From the NCBI GenBank assembly GCA_965240325.2, contig OZ251222.1, forward strand, positions 3,224,001-3,288,000: a DNA stretch of 64,000 nt, written 5' to 3'. Below, piece after piece: positions 42,345 through 59,739 of this stretch (position 1 is its first letter; every line of letters begins with the position of its first letter). The notes beneath the pieces are model-generated. The model was not told the origin of the DNA. It saw only the letters and a list, made by a program, of their open reading frames with translations, and made no database searches. The position numbers and the translations under genes were made by a program. Source of the stretch: Rebecca billardiae RCC1528 (taxonomy: Eukaryota; Protista; Haptophyta).

Positions 42345-45300
42345 GACGCCCTCATTTGTTTGATCATTCGACTATTGAAAAACGTCGTTTTTATCATAGG
42401 CTGGTTCGTCAACGGCCCTTCTCCTACCCATTCTATGATTTAACGACACCTACTCGGGCCGGGGGTTTGGCGGTAGCGAAGTTTGTAACTTTAACAGACT
42501 GTTTCAGCTTCGTCGGCGTGCGCTATTTTGAGCGCGCGCCTATGAAGGCAGCTGCTATTCAAAGACGAGTCGCCTATGAAGCCGGCTCCTATGTGCGAAT
42601 AGCTTACAGGTACCTTACTTGGGAGCTGGCGCTCATAGGGCTTCACCGGCCGCGAGGCTGCGCCATGCCGCCCATCTGCACGTCGCCGAATCGGCCGCAA
42701 ATCGGATGCGAGCGGCGAGGCGGAGGACGGCAAACATTCGCCATGAGCGTGCTGACGTTCCTTGTTGCGTGCGCCGCCGTCGTGCTTGCTCCTGCCGCGG
42801 GCAAGCAGGCGCGCAAGCTGCCGTTCACGCAGAAGTACATTTCCAATCGTTCAGCGCGTGCGCCGAGCTGTCGATCCAAGTACATGGCGGTTGGGCGACC
42901 CTCTCGCCGTTCGTGGACGCTGCCATACCGTACTGCGCGAACTCTTGCTGCTACCTGCTCGGCCCAGCTGGCACGAAGGTGGGGCGCGAGGCGTTCTACT
43001 GGCAGATGTCTGGCAGTAGACACCCTGACCTCGCAGCTGATGCTTCCCTCAGTGTGCTGTCCCAGTTGACAGACATGTCGTGGCTTGCGTCTCGGGGACA
43101 GATATTCATCTCCAGTCGCGCTTCGCCGAGCTACGCCCTGCGCAAGCCGCCTCAGTGAGCGCCGCTCTGAAAGCCTCACCGACCTCTGCGTTCTGTCGCG
43201 TCGTGATCTCAAGCGTGCGATACGGTTGAGCTGCTTGCGCACGGCGTGTAGCTCGAGCTCGCGCGGGGCTTGGCGAAGCACACGTACGTGCGGAGAGCCG
43301 CACTGCTCTCGGCTTACGCCGCGCTCGTCCGCGCGATGGGCGCGGGCACGCTCACCGGTCAGCGCGCGCGCATGAGCTGCGCGCGCTGATCGCCGGTGAG
43401 CTCAGAGCTGCGCGCGCTGCCGGCAGTCATCCCTGAGAGTGCTGCGCGGCGAGCGGCGGGCGAGGCGCCAGCGGCAAATCTCGCACTCGTCGACTTGGCG
43501 TTCATCATGCTGCCCCCGCTGCCGCCCGACGCGATTGGCCTGCAGTTGAGGTCGCCAGGGCGACGCTGCGCCCGCTCCTAGGCGCAACCGGCGGCTGAGG
43601 ACGAGTCGACGGGATGCAGTATCTGAGTATGACTATGAGTAGTCGCTGACCGTTGACGATGATGCTACGCGTACTACTATACTGACGATTTTGACGCGCT
43701 GCTGGCCTCGGCGGCCATCAGCTGAGCCTGCGCGTGAGACTTGTTTCTCCCACTGCTGCCATCCGCCGCCGGATATGTGACTACGTGTGAGCCGAAGATT
43801 AGCACTTGAGCTCGGCGCCAGCCCGATCGAGAGCAGCCTGAGCCTGAGGCCGGGCCCGGACGGGCGGACAGTCTGACCAGCTGCAGACGACTCGACGATC
43901 AGCTGCTGACAGATGATCACGGCGACATGATGACGATGGGCGCAGTCGCGAAAGACCCACCTGTCACAGCCTACTGCAGGATGCGCAAAGGGTTGCTCAG
44001 CATTAGATATCTGCTAAGGTGACAGGAGCTGTAGCCGCGGGCCGCAGCGCGGCGCGCAGCGCGCATGCATGCACGCGCGCCTGACAGATGCTCCGGGCAC
44101 GAATGATTGCCCTCAGCTCGACCCAGACGAGTTGAAGCATGGCAGAGTGGTGCCGTGCACACGTTCACATCGATGGCCTTGCGACCATACAGTCTTGCCA
44201 TGACCATGTACGCCCGCGAGGTCAAACCACAGCTGTGGCTTTGGATCAGGTCCGCCGAGCACCACCGCGGTACAGGCCCAAGCCTTGGCAGTGCGAGCAG
44301 TCCTCTTGAGTTCGGCGAACTGGAAAGCCTGCATCACCTGGCCCACAGTGCGCAGCATCGCGAAGCTGTGGGCCAGATTGATCCCCGCGCGAACAAGACC
44401 AAGGGCAATGCTCGCTACGTGTGAGCAGGTGCTGATTCTCCTACGGCACCCGCTCGGGAACTTGTGCCCCGGTCTCGACATCTGGGTATCGCCCGGATCA
44501 TGGGCCGGCGCATTGGCCGCCGCGCCGCCCGTCCCATCAACGCAACAATCGCAGCTGCGGCCTGCTTGCACCTCCGGTCCCGCGTCCTCCCCCGGCGCGG
44601 CCATCACCGTCGTGCGGCATGGATCGCGTCCGCCACAGTCCCGCGATTTTCCGAAAAAGCGGCCGCCGATTTTTCGGAAAATCCTTACCACCAAACCCCC
44701 GGCTTGTCAGACAAACCCACGGGGGACGGCCCCGCGCGCGCACGGCGCGATGGCGGCCTCACGCGGCGCGCTCGGACGCGCACCCACGGCCGCTGCGGGT
44801 GCGCGCGCGAGGTCGGCGCGGCTCAGGACACCTCTGGGGCTCAATCGCGCGCGCTCCCGCCCGCCCTTGCCGCCCTCGCCGCGCGCAGGGCCCGGCTACT
44901 TTCCGCGCAACGCGTCCAGAAGGCAGCCCACCGCGCGAGAGCGCGTGCGCGCGTGTGCCAGAGGCCCAATTAAGACGAGCCACGGCCTCTGCCCGATGGG
45001 CCTAGGTGTTGGCGCATCGATGAGCCCCCGCGCGCGACGATGCCCGCGCATACTCAGCGCGGAGATGAGCGGTTTTGTTACTTGGTGAGCAGATTGTTCG
45101 AACAGCTCAAATGCACATGTTGCAGCACAGTGCGTTCTTGGGCACCTGCTGGCCGTAGACAGTGCGCTCGACATGTGTGCGATCGCCTGCAGACTCGTGT
45201 GCACCCACGCTCATGGCGCGGTGTGGTCCGATCTGGAGCCGGTCATCTGTGAGTCGGCCGGTCGCCGCAATGGCGTGCGCGCCGTTCACGGCGGGCCGGG

Positions 45301-45858
45301 GCTCGCGCCAGCCGGGCATGCCGCCATTCGTAGGGAGGTATAGAGGCATGAGCGACGAAGCAGACCGCAAGGTGTCGGAAGTCGACGCAACAGATGTGCT
45401 AGCCTAGTTGTTGCTCGAGGCTATGCGTGGAGAAGAAGCAAGGCTGACTAACTGGCGGCGGCGCGGCCCGATGACGATTCTCCGACTGGCCCGTCTCACA
45501 TACATGCGTGCGGTCTGACTGATGCCAGCATGGCTCAAGGCGCAGCGTTCATGCTCAGTACTCTCAGGCCGCTCGCACAGAAGTGAAAGTACCCAACCGT
45601 TGAATACCTCAGGGGCGCACGCGTGCCGACCATCATGCTCGTCGGGCAGGCCTTCAATTCTCATCTAGAGCTGCGCGTGCCAGTTAGCAGGTCTTTGCGC
45701 GCATAAAGGGTGACGAGGGCGTGGACAAGACGGCGCAAATGCTGCCATCGGGTCTTCTCGCCACCACGAGGCGCCCGCGCACGGCTGTCAAGCTCGTATG
45801 CGGCCCTGGGCGCGTGGCGCAGGCGGGCCCTCGCGTCGCCAAGGGCGCCCCGGCGTTA

Positions 45859-48135
45859 GACTGCCCTGAGGGCAACGGCAACGGGGCTTATACTGCCCTG
45901 ACCCAGGCGCCGCGTTTCGGCCCGCACTGGGGCGCGGCCAGGGCAGGCCAAGGCGGCTGCCCTGACCTCTCAGGTCTCGGCAGGCTGTCCGTGGGCTCCG
46001 ACACGGCTCCGCTCCTCGCGTGCGACGCTTTCCGCCAATCGCGATACCGGCCCGCCCACCCCGCGTTGAAGCGCGCTGGTGCACGAGCTCGCATGTTGAG
46101 CGCCATGGACGCTCTACGTTGGGCAGCGCCTCGCTCGCTCGCGCCTGTGGAGCCGCGCGCGCGCGCGCGCGCATGCTCAAGAGCCGCCGCCCAACAGGGC
46201 ACATGCACGTACGCGAGAGCACTGCCCTGCTGCTGACGAGCGCAGTGGCTCGCATCTCGTAGGATGCGACGAATCCGATGTTTGCTTTCACCGCCTTGGA
46301 GCCCTCTCGCGCGTGGCCACCACAAGCACGCGCGTGCGCACGCACTGAGCAGCGCAGCGCAACACGGCGCGTGTGCTCTTCTCGCGCTGCCATCCATCTC
46401 CCGACGCAGAGGGCTCGAGCCTGTGCGCGCGCCTTGCCCTGCAGATGTGCGTATGCTCGCTGAACAGATTCGTGGGGGCGCCGAGCAGTCTGCGCCCACG
46501 CCGCCGACTGCTCAGGGCGGTGCAGGTTGGGGGATCAGCTTGAGAGTTGGCCTTGCGCCGCTGCTGCAGAGCCTAAGTCTCCTGGGACGCAGCCCTGGCG
46601 GCGCTGGGGGCGCGCATGGCGCGCGCTCGTACGGCCGTGGATGCGGCCGTGCAGGCCGAAGCCGCGTCTGGGCAGCCGCGAGAGAGCGCGTGGCGCCCTC
46701 CCATGCCGCGCGCCTCGCTCGCGCCACGTTCGCCTCGTCTCAGGTCAGCGCGTACGCGCACGCGAGCGCGAGCGCCAGCCGTGCGCGCAGCCAACTGTCA
46801 TCAGCTCGCGCGGGTGCGGGCCGCTGTGCGGTCGGCGTGAGTCAGGCGAGCCGCCGGGTGAGCCATTGGATGAGTTAGAGATGTCGTTGACGTGTAAACT
46901 GCTTCTCGCATCGTCGCGCTCGCGCCCCCGTGCCCCCGCGCCCGTGCTGTCATGTGACGATGCGTACGCAGCTTGTGCTACTTGCAGTGTGGCGGCCCAG
47001 CGCACACAAGTCTTGGAACACCTCAGATATGCACGTCGAAAGGAGAACGGCGTAGCTTCCGCACGGGGCGTGAGCGAGCTCATGCTAGACGAGGTCATTT
47101 GCTTAGCTGCTTAGCACCAACGAGATCTCAACCTCACCCGGCGGCTCGCCTGACTCACGCCGACCGCACAGCGGCCCGCACCCGCGCGAGCTGATGACAG
47201 TTGGCTGCGCGCACGGCTGGCGCTCGCGCTCGCGTGCGCGTACGCGCTGACCTGAGACGAGGCGAACGTGGCGCGAGCGAGGCGCGCGGCATGGGAGGGC
47301 GCCACGCGCTCTCTCGCGGCTGCCCAGACGCGGCTTCGGCCTGCACGGCCGCATCCACGGCCGTACGAGCGCGCGCCATGCGCGCCCCCAGCGCCGCCAG
47401 GGCTGCGTCCCAGGAGACTTAGGCTCTGCAGCAGCGGCGCAAGGCCAACTCTCAAGCTGATCCCCCAACCTGCACCGCCCTGAGCAGTCGGCGGCGTGGG
47501 CGCAGACTGCTCGGCGCCCCCACGAATCTGTTCAGCGAGCATACGCACATCTGCAGGGCAAGGCGCGCGCACAGGCTCGAGCCCTCTGCGTCGGGAGATG
47601 GATGGCAGCGCGAGAAGAGCACACGCGCCGTGTTGCGCTGCGCTGCTCAGTGCGTGCGCACGCGCGTGCTTGTGGTGGCCACGCGCGAGAGGGCTCCAAG
47701 GCGGTGAAAGCAAACATCGGATTCGTCGCATCCTGCGAGATGCGAGCCACTGCGCTCGTCAGCAGCAGGGCAGTGCTCTCGCGTGCGTGCATGTGCCCTG
47801 TCGGGCGGCGGCTCTTGAGCATGCGCGCGCGCGTGCTTGCGCGGCACCACAGGCGCGAGCGAGCGAGGCGCTGCCCAACGTAGAGCGTCCATGGCGCTCG
47901 ACATGCGAGCTCGTGCACCAGCGCGCTTCAACGCGGGGTGGGCGGGCCGGTATCGCGATTGGCGGAACGCGTCGCACGCGAGGAGCGGAGCCGTCGCCCG
48001 TCGGAGCCCACGGACAGCCTGCCGAGACGAGAGGTCAGGGCAGCCGCCTTGGCCTGCCCTGGCCGCGCACCAGTGCGGGCCGAAACGCGGCGCCTGGGTC
48101 AGGGCAGTATAAGCCCCGTTGCCCTCAGGGCAGTC
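45859..48135. repeat. Long inverted repeat / fold-back: arms 45859-46862 and 47133-48135, 270-bp spacer
   Basis: Mirror-image ORFs (46264..46878 + vs 47111..47731 -) are identical over ~200 codons. Outer parts differ by scattered substitutions and indels. Confidence 0.95.
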
Positions 48136-48557
48136 ACCGCCGGATCACCCGCCAGGGCCCAGCGGCTGAGGCGGCCGTCTGACATCCGGACCTGCACCCT
48201 CGCCCTCGCTCGGGGCACAGCAGGTCCATGCGAGCCGCGCAGCGCAGGTGGATCGCGCTCCAGCAGCTCAAGGCCGCGCTCAAGCCATTCGATCGCGGTT
48301 CAGGCTATGCTCTGCCACCAGCGCCGACTTCGTGTCGACGATCGGGCACTGCCGACGACGAATCAGGAGACCTGCGCCGTCCTACCTGTGTCGTTAAATC
48401 ATAGAATGAGTCTAACGCCGGGGCTGGGCGCCGGAGCTGATCGGGGACGGCCCGGAGTTCTTGAGCCCCGGACCGGGAGGCTGCTGAAGCCTGAAGGAGT
48501 GAAGGGTAATTAAAACTGAGGAGGGCCAAGGCCGAGCCGCCCATCTACCTCTTCGCG

Positions 48558-49001
48558 ATGGGCAAGGGCCAGTGCATCGACATAGTGAATAACACGCCAT
48601 TTACCCTAACGCCAGGGTCTGTGCATGCCATTGGCATGAACCAGTGGGGCCAATTCAATCCCATCCAGCCCGGCGCGACGTCGCATCAGTACCTTGAGTA
48701 CGAGACGGGCTTCCTCGGCTTGAGCGGCACCGCTGACGACCTCGCCTCCGTAACCTTCACGGTCGGCAGTGGAACGGGAGATCCGCCGTCCTTTGAACTG
48801 GATGCCAATGGCATGGACGTCGATCGCGTCCCCATGGTCTGGAAAGGTAAGCAGAACTCGACGCTTTCATCCAATGGCACGTGCGTAGACTCGAACACCA
48901 AGTACCTCCTCGAGCTCAGCGGCTCGAACCCCATCACTTTCTCCACGGGCAACGGTCCAATCAGCTGGGTTTGCCCTGCATGCAACGGAGACCCCGTCTG
49001 A
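48558..49001 (+). CDS. Small intronless beta-rich protein (147 aa), possibly aegerolysin-like
   Basis: GQCIDIVNNTPFTL..MNQW..IQPGATSHQYLEY..DDLASVTFTV pattern. Lower GC than neighbouring genes. No signal peptide. Confidence 0.7.
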   Translation: MGKGQCIDIVNNTPFTLTPGSVHAIGMNQWGQFNPIQPGATSHQYLEYETGFLGLSGTADDLASVTFTVGSGTGDPPSFELDANGMDVDRVPMVWKGKQNSTLSSNGTCVDSNTKYLLELSGSNPITFSTGNGPISWVCPACNGDPV

Positions 49002-49591
49002 TAATATCCACCGAACATTCACGCACACGGAATCGACAATCGTCATCATCATGCTGCGCCGCGCTCTGACGCGTCTGCGAGTCGTTCATCGCCTCTGTCC
49101 CCGGACCGTGAGGCAGAGACTGACGCAGTCACGCACGGCCGGGCCGTGGGCGTGCCCCCCGAGTTTGGCCAGAATCTGTAGTTATTTCCGCGAAGCGCGG
49201 ACGTCCGCGCGCGCTGGTTATTTATCTGGTGGCGAATCGGTCTGTGCGATTCCCCTGACGCTGTACACTAACTCAGTTAGTACTAGTACTTAGTAGTTAT
49301 CTTCGGATGATAATGGCTTCGCCTTCTGCCCGTTCTTTCTGGCTACGGTGCATCCGGGCAGCCACGTACCCGCGCAACTTTGCTGTGAAGTGTGCCGAGC
49401 CGAGTCCGTACGGACTACGGTCCTGGGCTGCCGATGGGGCTCGGACTGGCGGACTCGGAGTATCCGGCGCTGCGATATACGGGCGGCCGCACGCGGGCCA
49501 CGGGTACCGCAGACCGACTATTCGTCTCTCGACACAGGCTTCACAGTTGACACTACTGTATACAGTAGTTACTTAGCTAAGCTACTAAGTA

Positions 49592-50760
49592 CTAGTCACG
49601 CCCCTTGCCTGTGAAGCGCTCCATGCGCGCCGGCGCATTCGGCTCGTCGACCGAGTGCCTCCCTGGGCCGTACGCAGCGAGCAGGATGAGCGCTCCCACC
49701 GTGGAGAGGCGCTGGAAGAAGAAGTAGCGCTCTGCGTGGGCGCGCGTGCGCGAGCGGCGTGACCGCGATGGCGTGAGGCGGGCGCATCGCACATAAGCGG
49801 AGGGGCCGCTGCACACGCGCGCGCACCGTGATCGTACACGCTGAGCGAGGACTCTGGCGAGAGGTTGGTGCCCAGCTTGGTGAGGTCGATAGGCAAGCGC
49901 GTCTTGATGTCGTCCAGCCTGTCCACCGAGACAACCGAGTGCCCGATCATCCAGAAGTACCAGAACGGGTGGAACACAATGTTGCTCACAAACATGATGC
50001 ACGCAAGCCCGAGAGCGATACGGCGCGAGCGCGAGCCGACCACGATCAGGACGCACACGTACCCGAGCAGCATGACGAGGACGCCCTCGAGCAGGCTGGC
50101 CTGCAAGGGTAGCCCGCCGACGACGATTGTGCGCATCTTCGCGAGGCCGTAGTATACAAAGTACGCGCACAGCAGCACGCGCCCGAGCAGGCACAGCCGG
50201 TCGGACGCCGCGGCGCCTGGCAGCAGCGTGTCACCGGGCAAGATGGTCGCACGCGCGGCGCGCATCTCCTTGAGGTGCGACAGGAGGATGCATAGGCCGC
50301 CGACGACGGTCAGCGTCTCCGCCATGAACTCAAAGTTGCTCGTCTGCGCGTAGATCACCGGATGGATGAAGCACCACACGATGAGCGCAATGCAGCCAAG
50401 CAGCTCTCGCTTCTCGAGCAGCACGGCCGCAGACGCGGTGGCTTGGAGCACGGCCGAGAAGACGATGACCATCCACGCGTCTTGTGGGCTGATGGGCAGC
50501 ATGCCCGCGTTCGCCACCGCGATGACGGTGATTGTCTGGTCCTTGAAGCTCGTCAACATGCGCGTCGCGTCCTCGATGAAGGTGATGCAGATCAGCAGCC
50601 GCGCAAACCACTGCAGCCGGCGGTGCGCAGCGGTGAGGTTGACGTGGTCTGCCAGTGTGTTCAGCAGCGCAGCAGTGACCTCGTCCACGAGCTCACCAGC
50701 CGTCTTCGCCCCCACCTCACCAGCCTCCGCTGCGAGCGGCGTGGCCGTCTCCTCGCCCAT
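49592..50760 (-). CDS. SURF4: SURF4/Erv29-family ER cargo receptor (intron 49732-49826)
   Basis: FARLLICITFIEDATRM, FMAETLTVVGGLCILL, LLGRVLL and RYFFFQRLSTVGALILLAAYGPGRHSVDE match SURF4 hallmark segments. A phase-1 GT-AG intron joins two ORFs. Confidence 0.85.
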
Positions 50761-52111
50761 ACTGAAAGCCGCGACGCAAATAGACCGACCGCCGTCGCTC
50801 CGGCGCGGGCGGCGCGCGGCGGCTGCGCGTTGCCACTCCGTTACCGGTACTACTGTCTTCCCCCGACTTTACTGTTCATTTGAGATGAGTGTAGCTATTA
50901 AGTCTGCTGTCTGACTTGTGCGTCCGGGCAAGTGGTCCGATGGTCAGCCCACGCCCCACTGCCCCACTCCCGACTCCGGGCCCCGGACCCGGTGCACCCG
51001 GACTCGGGAGCGGGGACGGCGGGACTGCTTCAGGCTGAGACAGTGAGTACTCATCAGAGTAGTGAGACTTGTGAGTGGCTCAGGCTGGGCTGAGCTGCCG
51101 CTGACAGTTCGGATGACGGCGGGATGTTTGACGGCCACGTCGAACACGGAGATGAGCTCACTCACTGAACTCTTAATTAAGTCAGTTCACCACAGACACC
51201 GAGTCGGGTGAGTGCCAGTGGCACTTCGGATGGACACTTCATATATATAGTTCACATCATTGATGACGTAGCTATACGACACTGCCGTACTTGAATACTG
51301 CTGGGCAGTGGGCTGCATTAATTAGTTAACGAATATTGAGCGCCGCAGTGACTACTGTAGCTTACTCCAAAGTTCCTACAACCGTACGTATCTGAAGTCC
51401 CGCGTGCCACGGCCCTTCGAGGCTCACCACGATGGCGGATGTGGGCGGGATGAGATCCGTGAATCGGGTTCTGTGTGTCACTTGAGTGGCAACGCTAGTG
51501 ACAGTGGAGTCCCCGCACGCCGAGTCCCGCTCACTCACTACACTGTCCGTAATTAGCGCAGTCGTCGCGGCAGTAGCTGCTGCTATTACAGTCCTACAAC
51601 CCGTACTCGTATCAGAATCATCAATCCGACTCAGTCTTAAGCTAGCTAGTCATGCTGCAGCATGTATTATTGTATTTGAGTGACGACATGAATCTTCGGT
51701 CTCGGTCGAGTGAAACTGAACGCTGACGCCTCACAGTGAACGCCCAGCCCCAGGCCCAGTCCGTCGAACCGGGGGCCCGCCCTAATTACAAAGTGACTAC
51801 GCGGACGACTACTGCCGAACCACTCCGCCCGAAATCATGTTGAATGTATATTAGCGCGCGCGCAGTCGTATCAATAACTGGGCAGCGCATCAGTAATTAC
51901 TACTACCGTCAGAGTTGTAGATGACGCTATCATCAGCAGTACTCCGAATCCGATGCCAGTGAATGCCGAGCAGTGCCGCGGTACTGCGAGTACCGTATTC
52001 TCAGACTGTAGCTACAGGCTGATAGTACTAGCTGAGACCCGAGTAGCGGCAATTAGATAGGCTGATTCTGATGAGCACTCGCCCTCGGATATATATGTAT
52101 ATATATTATAT

Positions 52112-57671
<5,560 letters not shown>

Positions 57672-58148
57672 GTGGGGTTATTGGTACAATAACTGATTGT
57701 CTAAGAGGACGACAAGAACGCCGGGCGCCAGCGCCGCTCATCAGCCACATCGCCCTCTACCAGACCATCGCCTCAAAGCGCTGCTCCCGGACAAACAGTC
57801 TGTCCGGGTTTGTCGCCGCGGAGATCTGCTGTTTCCGGCGCCCCCTGGCTGCTTCGCCAGGCGCGGGCGCGCGAGATGGCTGCAGCCGGGCTCGTGGCCC
57901 TGCGTCGCCGGCGGCGGCGGCTCGCACGCGGGTGGCGCGTCGCGTGCACCGACCAACATCTTTCGGCAACCCGCCCACCCAGGGCCCGACGGCGAGCGGC
58001 ATGCCCACCGCATCTGCTGCCGCTCGCCAAGGCATGAGGACACGTAAATCTTGGTCTGGTAGAGGGCGATGTGGCTGATGAGCGGCGCTGGCGCCCGGCG
58101 TTCTTGTCGTCCTCTTAGACAATCAGTTTATTGTACCAATAACCCCAC
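57672..58148. mobile_element. Non-coding TIR element B (477 bp, ~95-bp TIR starting GTGGGGTTATTGGTACAATAA)
   Basis: 57672-57767 is the reverse complement of 58052-58148 with a 1-nt indel. Right flank is (AT)n. Confidence 0.88.
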
Positions 58149-58332
58149 ATATATATATATATACGACGACTTGACTACTCTAACTACGCGTCTACTGGCA
58201 GCAGACAATCTCAGTCGTTCCGGACATACAGTAGTGACGACGAGTCTGCTGCGGTGTCCGAGTCGGGTTCCGGAAACGGCTGTGTCAGCACAGTGATGAC
58301 GACAGCATATCCGATCAGCGCTGCTGGGGCGT

Positions 58333-59619
58333 TCACCGCGAGCGGCCGCTGAGCCCACCGCCGTACAGCGGGGCACAGCGCAGCCTGAAGTCAAGCTGGT
58401 CGATGTCGCCGTCCTCTTGCCGGGCACGAGACACCTCGAGACCGCACGCCGCCTCGCCTGGGCCGCACTCGATGCGAGCGGTGTGCTGCGCGCTCGGCCT
58501 GCGCCGCGGGCGCACGGCGTGGAGCGCGAGCGGCTCGTCCAGCCACACGCCGGCGCACTGCAGCCGGAAGTCGTACAGGTCACGGTCACCACGCTCCCAG
58601 CGCGAGTAGACGACCTCGAGGCCGGTGATCGCATCGCCCTCGGCGCACTGCGTGCCCGCCGAAGCGTGCCGCTCGCGCGCCTTGAAGAGCAGCTTGGCCC
58701 AGCTGCCCCAGCGCCGCTGGCAGGACAGCTTGAAGCCGTACAGGTCGAGGTCGCCCTCGTCCGTTCGGCCGTACCGGACCTCGAGCCCGTCGAACGCGCC
58801 GCAGGGGCAGCCGATGGCGCGCACCTCCGCGCGCGACCACGTGCACGTGGGCGTGAGCTTCAGGCCGTGCAGCTCACAGCGCGCGCCAAACGGGAGGCCG
58901 AGCGGCCCGCTCGCCGCGGCGCCCCAGCGCGACGCGGCGGCGCATGCGCCGAGTGACGAGTCGGCGAGGTCGTCGTAGGCGTAGTCGGGCTTGAGCGCGT
59001 TGCACTTGCAGTCAGACGCGCGCTTTGCGCCAGAGGTGGCCAGCGCGCCAGGCGGGCAGCGCGCGCACTCCGTGGCGTTCGCGAGCGCGTTGTACGTGTT
59101 TGCCGGGCACGGCGAGCACGCCGCGCCCTCGGGCAGCACGCGTGCGCCTGCCGGGCACGTGGCACAGTCCGGGTAGAAGCGCCCGTCCACCTTGCCCTGG
59201 CACGTGTGCGCGCCGTGCGGGACGTGGCACCACGAGTCCTCGCACACGCAGCCCCCGCTCGGGGCGGGTGCGCCGTGCCCGTTGCAACGGCTGGCATCGG
59301 GGGCGGGGGGGATGCTGGTAGGCGCGAGTTCTGCGGGCGAGTCGAGCGTGACGGCCTCTGCGCCATCGTCGCGCTCATCGGGCGACGGCGACCCAGCACC
59401 CGCGTCGTGGATGGTGCCAGCGAGCGTGTCGTCCGCGGCGGCCGACGGCACAGCCGCGGCCAGCTCGCCCTCAGGCTGAGCAGCGCCGCCCTGCGTAGCC
59501 TCTGCGGGGTCGGCACTTTGCACGGCGGGCTCGGCGGCATCCGTTGCGGCGATGTCGCCACGCGCGACCGCTGCGACAGCGGCGAGTGTGAGAAGCACGC
59601 GCGACGTCCAAGCCGTCAT
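58333..59619 (-). CDS. Secreted protein: signal peptide, EGF-like domain, GCC2/GCC3 (ephrin-receptor-like) Cys repeat, VMO-I-like beta-prism (~428 aa)
   Basis: Signal MTAWTSRVLLTLAAVAAVARG; CNGHG..CVCEDSW; CSPCPANTYN..CARCPPG..SGAKRASDCKC; three internal C..GLEV..GD.D..F.L.C repeats. Confidence 0.78.
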   Translation of the reverse strand: MTAWTSRVLLTLAAVAAVARGDIAATDAAEPAVQSADPAEATQGGAAQPEGELAAAVPSAAADDTLAGTIHDAGAGSPSPDERDDGAEAVTLDSPAELAPTSIPPAPDASRCNGHGAPAPSGGCVCEDSWCHVPHGAHTCQGKVDGRFYPDCATCPAGARVLPEGAACSPCPANTYNALANATECARCPPGALATSGAKRASDCKCNALKPDYAYDDLADSSLGACAAASRWGAAASGPLGLPFGARCELHGLKLTPTCTWSRAEVRAIGCPCGAFDGLEVRYGRTDEGDLDLYGFKLSCQRRWGSWAKLLFKARERHASAGTQCAEGDAITGLEVVYSRWERGDRDLYDFRLQCAGVWLDEPLALHAVRPRRRPSAQHTARIECGPGEAACGLEVSRARQEDGDIDQLDFRLRCAPLYGGGLSGRSR

Positions 59620-59739
59620 CGTCCGTCGACGTCGACTTCGTCGTCGCGGTCGAGAGGCGAGACCGAGAGGCGTCGTCGCTTGAGAGATTGAACTGGCTGA
59701 AGGCGAGAACTGAGCAAGCCACACAGCACACTTCGAACG

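Noticed and set aside
44113-45664. Short ORFs (44113..44694, 45162..45407, 45404..45664) as genes
   Set aside because: No recognisable motifs and weak coding bias. Cannot be supported from sequence alone.
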